Of a stretch of 64,000 bases of DNA, positions 46,271 to 64,000 are shown one piece after another (positions within the stretch are counted from its first letter, which is position 1; the number at the start of each line of letters is the position of its first letter). A program made the translations under genes and the position numbers. The notes under the pieces were generated by a model, which did not search any database, was not told the origin of the DNA, and saw only the letters and a list, made by a program, of their open reading frames with translations. The DNA is taken from NCBI RefSeq assembly GCF_009914755.1, contig NC_060935.1. One strand, written 5' to 3'. Source of the DNA: the human T2T-CHM13v2.0 reference genome, Homo sapiens.

Positions 46271-46879
46271 CCCAAGGGAATGCCATTAGTTTGAAAATAT
46301 TTTTGCCTACAGTTATAAAACTGCTACATGATAGCAGTACCCCCACAACCCCACATAACCCACAACTGATTGCTTAGTTCCTATGTATATGTATGCGTGT
46401 GTGGGTAATCACAGTATCTTGTCCAAAAGTCAAGACACTTATCGGAAGATGTGCACTTCTGCTAGGTACTAGCATAGATTCTAGAAGTATGTATAAGAGA
46501 AAGTTCCTGTCTTGTTCTTCAAGAGATGATGCAATAGAGAGATAATACTAAATAAAAAAAACAAAAGGAGATATTTTCACAACTGAATATACAAAACTCA
46601 ATTTACCATACATAAATGTATCCAAGTGAGTATATAGTTTTTACGCCAACCAGGAAAGGCAATAGGGATGGATTGTATATGTCTCCAGAGCCCTAAACAC
46701 AGAGTAACATTCAAGAATACTGTTACGGCTTCCTGGGCATTGTATAAGGTCTCTTACCTGATGACCTTAACTTTGTAAAGATGGTGGTGGTCAATACTTT
46801 AATCTATTTAAAAACCTCATTGGAGCTACAAATCAATCCACAAAACCAACAAAGAAAAATATATTAATAGTACTGACAT

Positions 46880-47722
46880 TTAAAAAATACTGTATATATT
46901 TAAGACGTACAACATGAAATTTTGCTATACATATTGATAGTGAAATGGTTACCACAGTCAAGCAAATTTAATATATCCATCATTTCACATTGTTATCCCT
47001 TTTTGTGTATGTGTGCCTAGAGCACCTAAAGCCTACTCTTTCAGCAAAAAATCCTGAATACAATATTATTAACTATAGTCCTCATGATACACATTATATC
47101 TCTATACTTGCGCGTCCTGAATTTCTGCTATTTTTTATCCTTTGACCTAAGAAACTGTAGTATACACATACACATACACACACACATTGACGCACACCTC
47201 CAGAAATACTATTCAGCCTTAAAAAAAAGGGAGATCCTGCTATTTGTCACAACATGTATGAATCTGGATGGGTTCATCCAGAATATGTTAAGTGAAATAA
47301 GCCAGATAGAAAGAAGACGACTACTATTTGATCTGTTATATATGGAATCTAAAAAAATAAAAAAACTTGAATAAATAGAGAATAAAGGCCGGGCACGGTG
47401 GCTCACATCTGTAATTCTAGCACTTTAGGAGGCTGAGGCAGGTGGATTGCTAGAGCCAAGTTTGAGACCAGCCTGGGCAACATAACGAAACCCTGTCTCT
47501 ATCAAAAATTATAAAAATTAGCCTGGTGTGGTGGTGTGTGCCTGTAGTCCCAGCTACTCGGGAGGCTGAGGTGGGAGGATCACTTGAGGGCGGGAGGTGG
47601 AGGCTGCATTGAGTTGTGACTACTGCACTCCAGCCTGGGTGACAGAACAAGACCCTGTCTCCGAAAAAAAAAGAGAGACAGAGAGAGAATAAAGCAGTGG
47701 TTACCAGGAACGGGGAGGGAGA
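46880..47722 (-). mobile_element. L1MA-type 3' end with 5' inversion (minus part 46880-47149, plus part 47150-47722, split by an Alu)
   Basis: The two opposite-orientation pieces are adjacent parts of the L1MA 3'UTR. Confidence 0.7.
47387..47685 (+). mobile_element. Alu (J/S)
   Basis: Dimer; TSD agagaataaa. Confidence 0.9.
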
Positions 47723-48423
47723 CAGTAATGCCAACATTTGTACTGGGTGTTACACTTACAAAGTATTTGTATATGCATTATGTTGTTCGATCTTCACTTA
47801 AACTGAATGTAGTAAGTATCCTATTAGAATCTGACCAACAAAGGACCATATTAACCAACACTGCTTATACCCAGGAATCCAACCCAAGCCTTCTGACTCC
47901 AAGGCCAGTCCACACTCCCGTTATTCTATTTCTCACCATTGATATGAACTGATACATTACAGGTAACCAACACAAATCAGGTAAGAGCTGGCACAGCAGC
48001 CTTTTCGCCTGGAAAAGGCATATGCATTGCTTAACAAGTTTTATTAAGTGCTTTCTATAGGGAAGGCACTGTATTAGATGCTGGGGGAATAGCAATAAAC
48101 ATTATGGGTATTATCAATGTTCTTCTGGTATGTATATTCTGCCAGGGATTAATTTAAAAAATTAATATCCACCAAGAGGAACTATTAACTAAATTATGGT
48201 CATCAGTATGCTGCAATGTTACACAATTATTAAAGAGAATGTGCTATATAGTCTCAAATATTTAATAAAAATATATAAGCTGCAGAAAAATGAATAGCAC
48301 GGTCCTATTTTAATTTAAAAAACATGTAAGCATATATACTCTAGAATACATATGAACTTGGAAATGAGGTTCAAAAGTAAGAGCTTTTAGTTTTTATTCT
48401 TTATACCACTGGATTGTTCAATG

Positions 48424-48717
48424 TTTTTTTATTTTAAGAGATGGGGTCTCACTCTGTTGCCCGGGCTGGAGTACAACAGCACAATCATTGTTCACTGCAG
48501 CCTCAAATACCTGGGCTTAAGCGATCTTCCCACCTCGGCTTCCCAAGAAACTAATATTACAGGTGTGCATTGCCTGGTTAATTTTTTTAATTTTTTTATA
48601 GAGACAGGGTCTCACTTTATTGCCAAGGTTGGTCTCAAACTCCTGGCCTTAAGTGATTCTCCCGACTTGGCATCCCAAGGTGCTAGGATTACAGGTGTGA
48701 GCCACCATGCTTGGCCT
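48424..48717 (-). mobile_element. AluJ
   Basis: Reverse diverged dimer. Confidence 0.87.
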
Positions 48718-49197
48718 ATTTCTATCACTTAATTGCTCAGTATTTTTAAAGCAAATGTTTATTACCTTCCTAACTGAAAAAAAAAAAGCACAACAAAGAG
48801 GAAAAACTCAAGAAGTCACCATTTGGTGTAGGTATTACAACAGGAAAGTATATGGGAACATAAAGCAGAGAGATCGAGTCAGGGAAGGCTTCCCCAAAGG
48901 AAATGAAAATTGACATCTAAAAAAAAAGAGCCTGTAACGAGAGGTGGGGTGCAAGTGGGAACATAGCCCCTTCAAGAAACTTCATACAAGCTGGCATGGA
49001 GCTTGTAAAAGGGAGAATGGCTTAAAGGTGAGACTGAATAAGTAAGGGCTATATCACACAAGGATTTATGTTTGGACTACCTTAAGACAACAGGAAATCA
49101 AGCTTGCGAGCAGTGCAGTGCCATTATCAGACTAAAATGTGATTTAAAAATCATTCTAGCTGCAGTGTGGGAAACATGGATTAAGAGTACTTAGATT

Positions 49198-49528
<331 letters not shown>

Positions 49529-50269
49529 CTACCACTCTAGTCCTGTCCAAAGATGATATGCACAGTATGGAGGCAAAGAGATGTAAATGGGACAAGTTTT
49601 AGTGCAAAGAATTTTAGAATTATGAACAGAAGAGACAGAAACAGGTAATCTCTAAGGTCTCCGCTTATAAACATACTCTGACCCCTCACATTTTAGATCT
49701 ACTAGATGTAGCACAGAAATGGAGGAATTATAGGGCGCTACACAAGACATCTTCCACAAGAATATTCCTCTAACATTAAAAGATATGAAGCAACTACAAG
49801 CATATCCACACTCCCAAACCAGGATAAAACTATGTTAATTAAATACTCAAACTATGGAATTCTATACAAATTTATATAATTTATGGTTATTGGCAATAGT
49901 AAAAAGACCAGGACTTTGAAGTCAACACTTGAGTTTGAGTACTGTACTGCCTTTGCTGTGAATTAGTTATGAGTACTCTTGGATAAGACACCAAGCTAAC
50001 TAGGTTAAGTAGGTTTTTTCCCACATCCCAGTTAACAACTAGTATACTGTATTTACCTATTTGATGACGTGACTTGAAGTTGAAACATGATGGTAAACAA
50101 CGCTTATGACACAGAAACATTCAATAATGTTGTTTTAAAGAAATTTTATTTATCATGTTATTACGAATAGAAATCATGAAAATATAATAGACAATTTTAA
50201 TACCGATAGCAAATATATCATCTTTTTTTAAGAGTTGCTTTTTTCTTTCTAAAGTTTTTCTTTTTTAAA

Positions 50270-50433
50270 AAATTATTTTTATTATACTTTAAGTTCTGGG
50301 ATACATGTGCAGAATGTGGAGGTTTGTTACATATGTATACATGTGCCGTGGTGGTTTGCTGCACCCATCCACCCATCATCTAGGTTTTAAGCCCTACATG
50401 CATTAGGTATTTGTCCTAATGCTCTCCCTCCCC
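50270..50433 (-). mobile_element. Short L1PA (about L1PA7-8) 3' tip, sense to FCHSD2
   Basis: attatactttaagttctgggatacatgtgcagaa; TSD taaRgtttttcttt. Confidence 0.85.
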
Positions 50434-51159
50434 TTTAAGGTTTTTCTTTAAATATATTTACAGATACGTTAAAGTGGAATTTTTTAAAAGCCTTTTAAGA
50501 CCAAGTGCTCACACCTACTTCAAAACATGAAGCTAGAAATTCTCATGTAGCCTGTCTGATTTGACTTTGGTAGCACACAAACATGCAAAAACGTTCCTCT
50601 TCCTGAAAGAAGCAATTTCCAGCTGTCTAACCTAAAACACAAATGATTACACACCAGAAACTGTTACTAATGTTAAAATTCGGTACCAGAGGCTGAGCCT
50701 GTACCAAGGAAATAGAGATCAAAGTTTCCACTCTTGTGAAAACATCTCAAGTTAGGAACCACATCAATAAAACACAATACTCAGAACTCAGCAAATTTAT
50801 ACTCATAGTAAAGAAAAAGTCAGTCAAAGTAAGCTTTAACTCTTGATACTACATCGCCTACATTGTTGAAGTTTCCCAATTTTTTTCAACTTCAATAAAC
50901 TTATTTGCACAAAATGACCTGCAAATTTTAAAGTAAAAGTAAATAGAGCATTGCAATTTACTTATTAAGGATCAGGTGAATTTTGACCAGAACTTCGAAG
51001 CAGCAAAAGAAAATAAATTATAGAAGGACTAAAAGTCAAAAGAACCAAGACTGTCAATCTGTCTGTCAACAACACAACTGAAAATCCTCTGGGTGCAAAG
51101 TAGTACCTTTAAAAAGGTCACTCCACAGGCAGCTAAAGTACTATAGGATAAATGTCACC

Positions 51160-51253
51160 TGCTGAGTCAGACTCTAGAGGTGGGGCTGAGACACTGATAG
51201 TTTAACAAACTTCACAGGTGATTCTGATATGCAGCCACTATTGGGAACAACTA
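51160..51253. mobile_element. MER5 (hAT-Charlie) fragment
   Basis: tttaacaaacttcacaggtgattctgatatgcagcca...ttgggaacaact. Confidence 0.6.
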
Positions 51254-51325
51254 GTATACTGGTTAAGAGCACAGACACACATTCTCAGGTTTAACTCCTG
51301 GACCTTGACAAGTTATTTAACTTGT

Positions 51326-51667
51326 TTTTAGTTTTTATTTTTATGTATGTATGTATGTATGTATGTATGTATGTATGTATGTATGTATGTATGTATGTAT
51401 GTATGTACTAAGACAAGGTCTCGCTCTGTCACCCAGGTTGGAGCGCAGTGGCGCGATCTTGGCTCACTTGCAACCTCCACACCCACCAGGCTCAAGAGAG
51501 TAGCTGGCACTACAGGCACGCACCACTACTCCTGGCTTGTATTTTTTGTAGAGACGGGGGTCTCATCATGTTGCCCGGCTGTTCTCGAACTCCTAAGCTC
51601 AAGCAATCCACCCACCTTTGGCCTCCCGAAGTGCTGGGATTACAGGCATGAGCCACTGCGCCTGGCC
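51326..51667 (-). mobile_element. AluJ with long (TATG)n tail (about 51342-51407)
   Basis: Reverse Alu; TSD ttaacttgttttta; inserted in a MIR. Confidence 0.88.
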
Positions 51668-51874
51668 ATTAACTTGTTTTTATCTTGGATGTCCTCATCT
51701 CAGAAATAAAGATAGTTATAGTACCTACTTCATTGTTGCTAAGCAAATGAGTCAGTGTTTATAAAGCACTTGGCCCAATGTATGGCATACATTAAGTGCT
51801 TAATACCTTCATCTATTCAATAAGTACTTACTGAGAATTTTCTACAATATGCCAAATGCTATTTTAAGTACTGA

Positions 51875-52214
<340 letters not shown>

Positions 52215-52574
52215 AGTTTTTATTAATGTTGTTAAAACAAGAATGATCAAATATTTAAGCAAACTTCTTACTTTTAGTTGAAAAAACTAAAGGCTAAGAG
52301 TAGACTGGCTTGGACAGGGCTCAAAGTGAACCAGTAGTAAAACTGGGATTAGAACATGGGTCATTTGACTTCCAAGCTTCCCAGTGGAGTTGACCTGTGG
52401 GCAGGTTTTAAAGGAAGAAAAATATACAATTAGAAACATTAAAGTATTGGAGCCAACATAATAATTTTGAAATGTGTGAAGGGTAAGAAACAACCAAAGA
52501 AGTATAGGAAATAAAAGACAAAAAAAAAAAACCCAAGCTTCATAATCACTATTTTGTACAATATTTCACAACGT

Positions 52575-52770
52575 TATATCGGTCTTTGGAGTCAAATAAA
52601 TGTGGGTTCAAATCCAAGCTCTACTATTTATTTATAAATTGACACTGAAAATAATTTCATTAGTCACTTTGAGCTTTAGTTTCCTCAACTGTAAAATGGG
52701 CATAATAATGAAACCTAAATTTAATGATGAGTACAATGACTAGCATACTGCAAGTCCCTGATAAATTATA
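52575..52770 (+). mobile_element. MIR
   Basis: ctttggagtcaaa...gggttcaaatcc...agtttcctcaactgtaaaatggg. Confidence 0.7.
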
Positions 52771-53299
52771 ATCATGATTACTGTGATTAAAAACTTTCAA
52801 TGTCATTATTAAATGTAGAATCAAGTCTATAAATTTTAGTTCTACTTTGGGTATCTTACTGAGTCCAATGAGTAATAGGTAATTTTATTTGTGTATTTAT
52901 TCATCCGTGTAACAAAGCCTAACTTCTACTATATACAAGGTACTAACATTTCAACCCTCAAGAAGTCTTCCTCCACAAATATTGTGTTCACTCATAATTT
53001 TTTCCTCAAACTTTTTATTGATAAAATTTTAAAAACTGAGTACAATTTTCTGTAATACACATATTCTGCTTAATTGAAATTCAAAGTTAGTGTTCCCTAC
53101 CATCAAAATCCATTACAAACGTTCATCTGTTAACGCGGATCTGTAATTAGATTTTAAATATTTCATCTTTGCAAATGTCTTCACACAGATAGGGACTGCC
53201 AAATACTGATATCAATTCAAGAGCATATGACTTTGAGCATATTCATCACCTGGAAGATATTTATAGAATTCTATTATATTCTTCTCTTGATACTCACAT

Positions 53300-53690
53300 T
53301 TTTTAAAAATTACAGACTTCATATTTTTTAGAACAGTTTTAGGTTCATGGCAAAATTGAGAGAAAGGTACAGAGAGTTCCCATGTATCACTTGCCCCCAC
53401 ACATGCATAGCCTCCCCATTAACAACATCCCCCACCACAGTGGTACATTTACAATGGATGAACCTACACTGACACATAACACAGTCATCTGAAGTCCATG
53501 GTTTACACTAGGATTCTTAGTGCTGTACAGTCTGTGTGTCTGGACAAACATATAGTGACATATCCATCATTACAGTATCATAGGGAGTTATTTTCACTGC
53601 CCTAAAAATCCCCTGTGCTCTGCTATTTGTCCCTTCCCCTTCATCCTCAACTTCTGGCAACTACTGATCTTTTTACTATCTCATAATTAT
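53300..53690 (-). mobile_element. L1MC/L1MD 3' end
   Basis: tagaacagttttaggttcatggcaaaattgag...gatgaacctacactgacacat. Confidence 0.75.
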
Positions 53691-54304
53691 GCCCAAAATT
53701 ATTTTTTGCCTCTGAGTTTTTGATAGCAGCCTTTCTCTGGTATAGAATGCATTCTTTCTCCATATCCACACAATATTCTTGTCGTCTTTAGATATTCTAA
53801 TCCCACTTACCATGTTTTCCTAAAAACTTAGGGCCCATACTGATTATGTTATGAATGTGGCCATTTAATCATATAAGTCAGATATAGCCCTATTGATAGT
53901 ATATATTTGTAACTTTTATGCATACCTATCTTACTTTGTCAAATGGGTTTTACATTCTGAATATAGGAGTCCTCATTACCTTGTAACCCTCCAAAAGCAA
54001 TCACACTTGTTATGCATAGAGCAGAACCTCAAACATAGTGGACAACTTTAGGAAAAGAAGAAGGCAGTTCTCTGGGATATCCAGAGCATAACCTTTTATA
54101 TCCAATCCCTCACCAATTTCACACTAAAGAGTGGGAAACTTATTTTATTTTTATATGAAATATGTGAAACATAGGGATTACTCTGATGAAAAGATTCACC
54201 AAGTCAAGCTTTTTCCACAAACAAGTCTTCTGCTAGATGCTAAAATAGTTTTCCAGCTGAAATATTAAAAACAAAACCATCTATCACTAAAAAATTCTTA
54301 TGAC

Positions 54305-54587
<283 letters not shown>

Positions 54588-54677
54588 TTAAAGGGACCTT
54601 ATAATTTATCCAGTCGAATCCTCTCAGATCAAGAAAAATGGGCAGTGACTCAAGATCACTCACCACTGATGGGCACC

Positions 54678-55053
54678 TGTGGTACATATACAGCGTGGAT
54701 ACTATGCAGCCATGAAAAGAATGAAATCTTGTCCTTTGTAGCAACATGAATGTAGCTGGCAACGATTATCCTAAGCAAACTAACACAGAAACAGAAAACC
54801 AAATACCACATGTTCTCATATCTAAGTGGGAGCTAAACATTGAATACAAATGGACATAAACATGGGAATAATAAACACTAGGGAATCCAAGAGCAGGGAG
54901 TGAGGCAGGGGCAAGGGTTGAAAAAATAATTAGGCATGCTCACTACCTGGGTGATAGATTCATTCATACTCCAAACCTCGGCATCATGCAATATATTTTT
55001 GTAACAAACCTGTACATGTATTCCCCTGATTCTAAAATAAAAGTTGAAAAAAA
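54678..55053 (+). mobile_element. L1PA16/L1PB-type 3' end
   Basis: actccaaacctcggcatcatgcaatat...aataaaagttgaaaaa. Confidence 0.82.
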
Positions 55054-55431
55054 AGATCTGTCACCAAGTAATAAGGCCAATATCCATATAAATTATGACA
55101 TGCCTCCCACTTTAGTGTTCTTTTTCCAGTACATTTTTTTGGCTTGACTTCTGTAATGACCCCCAGCCTAGTATTCATAATCTTCTATCAAGTTGTATCA
55201 ACTTAGTATCTTCCAAGTGTATCTCCTTACTTCTTTCTAATATTACTTAAGTCTCCATAATAATTGCAGAATCACTGTTTATTTTTATCTGCAACCAGTT
55301 TCAAACTGGAATATCCGTGTATTCCAAATCCTATCTATTCCTAAGAGTCTAGTTCAAGACTGTCTCACTGGGAGTAAGCAATTCCTTTAGGATTCCTCAT
55401 AAACCTACCTCCATAACAGAACCTAACTTTC

Positions 55432-55743
55432 TGCAGGGTGCAGTGGCTCACACCTGTAAGCCCAGCACTTTGGGAAGCAGAGGTGGGCGGATCACTTGAG
55501 GTCAGGAGTTGGAGACCAGCCTAGACAAAATGGTGAAATCCCATCTCTACTAAAAATACGAAAATTAGCTGGGCATGGTGGGGCGTGCCTGTAGTCCTAG
55601 CTACTCCAGAGGCAGAGGTGAGAGACTCGCTTGAACCCGGGAGATGGAGGTAGCAGTGAGCCGAGACATGCCAATGCATTCCAGCCTGGGCAACAGAGAG
55701 AGACTCCGTCTCCAAAAAAAAAAAAGAAAGAAAGAAAAGAAAT
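55432..55743 (+). mobile_element. AluS
   Basis: Dimer with A/GAAA tail. Confidence 0.9.
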
Positions 55744-56789
55744 ATTAATATGTCACATGTAAGTTTGTCACAGGTGAATTTTAAAAATGTGTAAGTATGT
55801 ATTCATTATAGGTTAAATGTAGCTGATTAATAAAATTACTCAACACAGCAATATATGCATTATTAGGACAAAAACTTCCTAAATTCACAGGTGAGTCACT
55901 GGATTCATTATCAAGGATAACGAATGATGCAGGACTTGTTCTTACATCAAGATCTTAGATGTGTCTTCTTTTTTGATGACTTTAAGTGTTTAATTATTCC
56001 ACATAAGTAAAACAGACTGCTAGAAAAAGACAACAATTAATTTATAATTTATAGAATAACGAATGCAAATCATTTTGAAGTTTCTTTTTAAATTTTCATA
56101 TCCCTAATTAATATTCATGAGGATAATATCACAAAAGCAGTTATAAAACTATACCAAAGATGATATGGAAATACATAGTTGTGCCAGTGGAAAAAGAAGA
56201 AAATTTTTCTCCCAGCAAAATGGAGGACTTACGTTGAACACAATGTTTCCTAAATAATAGTTTCATATTATTTTAACCAAATTATCCATTACTCAGAAAT
56301 AACACTGTGGATAACCAGATAATGTTACACAAAGGCTGAGTTCATTTGTTTTGGACAGGTGGCCAGTCTGCAGCTCTGTGTCAGCAGCCCAAACCCACCC
56401 ACAATGGCCCCAAAGACGATTATGCAAATGCCAACCAACCCAGCTCTTTTCCCAGGAACAGGAGAAGCCCTCCTACTAGAAGCTGTAATTGTTTCGCAGT
56501 CATGTGGAAAAACAAAAAGAGGGGTGTTTTGTTTTTTGTTTTTTGCCAGAGGCAGAGTGTTTTCATTAAGGGCACTATTACAATACATGTGAGATGTATA
56601 AACACATACACACAGATACACATTTGTATGTGTCTGGTGTATATTTCTCAAACACCATACAGTTTATTCCATCCTCCTTCCCAAGTCTTGTTGAGCAGAT
56701 CTACCTCTTATCAATATCAAGTCCATTCTGTTGGTGATACCTTCCCTTGTCAATAAGATATATAAAGAAATGAACAAACTTTCGGTTTT

Positions 56790-59465
<2,676 letters not shown>

Positions 59466-59800
59466 ATTTTTACTTCTCTTCATCACAGATTAAATCACTA
59501 AAAGGCTCGGTCAAGTAGTGAAGATAAATATTATCAGTTTCCATAAGCAAGTATTTATCATCCTATCCACTTTTCTGGGCAACCTGTCAAGTAATGTATA
59601 ATTTAAATTTTCTATTTGCTTAATTGTTCTTTTCCATTTTGGTAAGCAGATCCACCAACTATTTGTGTAATTAAAGGAATTAATCAGTTAAATTACATAC
59701 AACTTTTATTGTTGTCTTTAAAAACTGACCCAATGTACACAGTATAGATAAAATATATTCAGATTTAGAAACCCATTTTGGTACTTTTAAATTAAATATA

Positions 59801-60263
59801 TGTCAGAGATAGCTTGCTTTACCAGTATCCCCATTCTCCTCTTTTCCAAGGCATATACATAGAAGAAATTTTCCAGCCTCCTTTAAAATTAGATGTGACT
59901 ATGTGACTGAGTTTTGGCCAAGGAAATATTAAGAGATATGATATGTGTTACATTCAGTTCTGATCCACCATAACCTCCACGTACCATCTTTTTTTTCCTT
60001 CCTCTCTGCTAGCTAGATGTAGAGGATCCATTGAGGACTTGAGGCCCTAAAGGATCTAGAAATCTCAAGATCAAAGGAGCCTGGACTAAAGGATCTAGGA
60101 ACCTCAAGATTAAAGGAGCCTGGATCATTGAATCATCATCCCTTGGAAGGCCATTCACCAATTTTGGCAACAAACTATTAGGTGAGTGAGAAATAAATTT
60201 CTTTTTATAAGCCTCAGTGATTTGGGAGTTGTTGGTTAAACAATTAGCCTATCCAAATGAACA
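59801..60263 (+). mobile_element. MLT1 solo LTR with an internal 39-bp tandem duplication
   Basis: atgtgactgagttttggccaa and ataaatttct...aagcctcagtgatttggg MLT1 motifs. Confidence 0.7.
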
Positions 60264-60437
60264 CAGTATATTTACCAGTGAGATCCTATATTTACAACGG
60301 ATTCCAAATTTGTTACCACTGATACATCCAAGGCCTGCTACTATATGTCACCTTTGTATAAATCAAACAAAGAGACCATTTTAATAGATACATTTTACTC
60401 TTAAACTGAACTGTAAAATTCTATGATTATTGCCTCA

Positions 60438-60941
<504 letters not shown>

Positions 60942-60988
60942 TTAACATTCTAGCATGTTATATAAAAATCATCTAACACTAAGGATGG

Positions 60989-62134
<1,146 letters not shown>

Positions 62135-62187
62135 TGGAAGGAAAGCAAAAAACATCTCTTGCTTATATTTCTATAATAATTTCAGTA

Positions 62188-62490
62188 ATTTTTTTTTTTT
62201 TTTTTTAGAGACAGGGTCTCATTTTGTCACCTAGGCTGAAGTGCAGTGGCAGGATCATAGCTCACTGCCACTTCGAATTACTGGACTCAAGGGATACTGT
62301 GGCCTCAGCCTCTGAAGTAGCTGGGACTAAAGACACACACCATGATGCCATGCTGATTTTTTAATGTTTTGTAAAGACAGGGGTCTTGCCATCTTGCCCA
62401 GGCTACAATCGAATTCCTGTGCTCAAGCAATTCTCCCACCTTGGCCTCCCAAAGCACTGGGATTACAGGTGCAAGCCACCATCCCCAGCC
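62188..62490 (-). mobile_element. AluJ
   Basis: Reverse diverged dimer with poly-T. Confidence 0.87.
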
Positions 62491-62937
62491 TCTGTAAGAA
62501 TTTTTGAAAAGCCTTATGAACTGATTTTAAAAAGAAAACAATTAATAATAAAAAAGATATGAATGGCCAATACAGCAAGAATGCATTGTAAATAGCTACA
62601 AACATTGGAATATGTCTGAATACCAATTTTCATAGAAAGGAAACAAAATTAGATATCATTTTTGGCCCAGGATGGCAAAAATTTAATGACTGGCAGCATC
62701 CACTCCTGGTAAGATAGGATGCACCACATTACTATAAATTATTGGTAGAAATATAAATTGGTGTAGCATTTTAAATTTTTATTAGTAATCAAGTTTTTAA
62801 AAATGTTTTTACCTACTAATATCTATTAAAATTTTAAATATAGATAGACTTCGCTTACAAGGAAGCCATTTTCAGAACTGCTAAAATAAAAGCACAAGTA
62901 TAACAAGATAAATAAGTACATTTATTGTAGTATGTGT

Positions 62938-63080
62938 ATTTGTTTGTTTATTGATTGATTGATTAAGACAGGGATTTCACCATGTTGCCCAGGCTGGTCT
63001 TGAACTCCTGGCCAAAAACGATCCTCCTACCTCTGCCTCCCAAAATCTTGAGATTACAATCGTAAGCTACCATGCCCAGT
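62938..63080 (-). mobile_element. FLAM/Alu left monomer
   Basis: Single arm with TTTG/TTGA tail. Confidence 0.75.
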
Positions 63081-64000
63081 CACAGTATTGCTTTAAACAA
63101 CTTAAATCAATAGGATGTAGATCAAAATATGTGGATGTTAAATAATTTATATCCACAATACGAACTATGATGCTGTCAATAAAATGAGGTCTTTCTGTAT
63201 TCACTTTGGGAAAATATCAATGATATTTTTATCAATGATAAAAAATACTATTAAATATAAAAGACAAGATGCAGAATAAATGTGAATATAATTCTACTTT
63301 TTTATAAAGGAAAAACTACATATTAAATGAGTACACATAAAAGGAAAAGATTTATACCAAACATGACTGTAAATTTGAAAAAAAAAGGCAAATATTTCAT
63401 GTACCACCCATATTATTTGAATTGTTAAAACTACCATTTTTTTTTTAATTAAAGAAAAAGATTCTTATGAAACAGGATGTCAAAATATCTGGTAGAAGCT
63501 ACATACTTAAATGATAGGGAAGAAAAGTGGTCAGCTTCACTGTTTTTACTGCATCTTATTCAAGGTTATAAGAAAAAAATATGATCCCCTATAATACTCA
63601 AAAGCATGATTTGTACTTGGGATTATATTTTGAAAAAATTAACTGAGAGAAAAACAGAGCACAAGCAATTCTATCCTTTGTTTTGGATTCACATCCCCAG
63701 ATAGAACAAAAAATACTGGTCATTGACAGTACCTAGCCACTGCCAAGGATAATGCAAAAAGAAATCCTGAAATAAAGTATTAACCTATCAAATAACATAA
63801 AACACATCTAAAAACTGTTCCATGATTTCTAACGGCAAATATTTATGCTCTTTCTTTCAGAAATGGGATTAGAACCCCCTTCTCTTTTCCTTTCATTTGG
63901 CATCAATGTGACCCCAACAAGTACTTTCTAGGTCTAGGACTATCAAAATGCTATAAAATGTATTGACTTTTTTATAATGTGCAAAGCACTGTATCCCTCA

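Noticed and set aside
51347-51709. MYVC-repeat and HTYI-repeat peptides (also near 42038-42371)
   Set aside because: Translation of (TATG)n Alu-tail microsatellites.
56325-56756. Overlapping 108-136 aa ORFs
   Set aside because: Non-ATG starts or low-complexity content and no domain; better read as possible regulatory DNA.

Overview
Human-type intragenic DNA: AT-rich, about 33 Alu elements or fragments, and a diagnostic AluYa5. The whole window lies inside FCHSD2 (F-BAR and double SH3 domains 2), transcribed on the minus strand. Five GT-AG coding exons (32000-32076, 17183-17327, 5167-5300, 1263-1317, 289-417) splice in frame into 180 aa of the F-BAR domain. From recollection of the canonical transcript these are exons 4-8, so 32077-64000 is all intron 3. 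The rest is a transposon mosaic: L1PA/L1M pieces, L2, MIR, MLT1, MER5, and a full-length THE1D provirus with a GGAAG target-site duplication (TSD). No RNA gene, CRISPR array or new multi-gene system is supported. The most unusual observations are: a decayed local duplication carrying a dead copy of exon 4; a 5'-intact, 3'-truncated, tail-less L1 with a 17-bp TSD; a TSD-less truncated AluYa5 58 bp head-to-head with another Alu; three well-formed candidate poison cassette exons; and several L1 structural oddities. Repeat boundaries and subfamilies were read by eye and are approximate.
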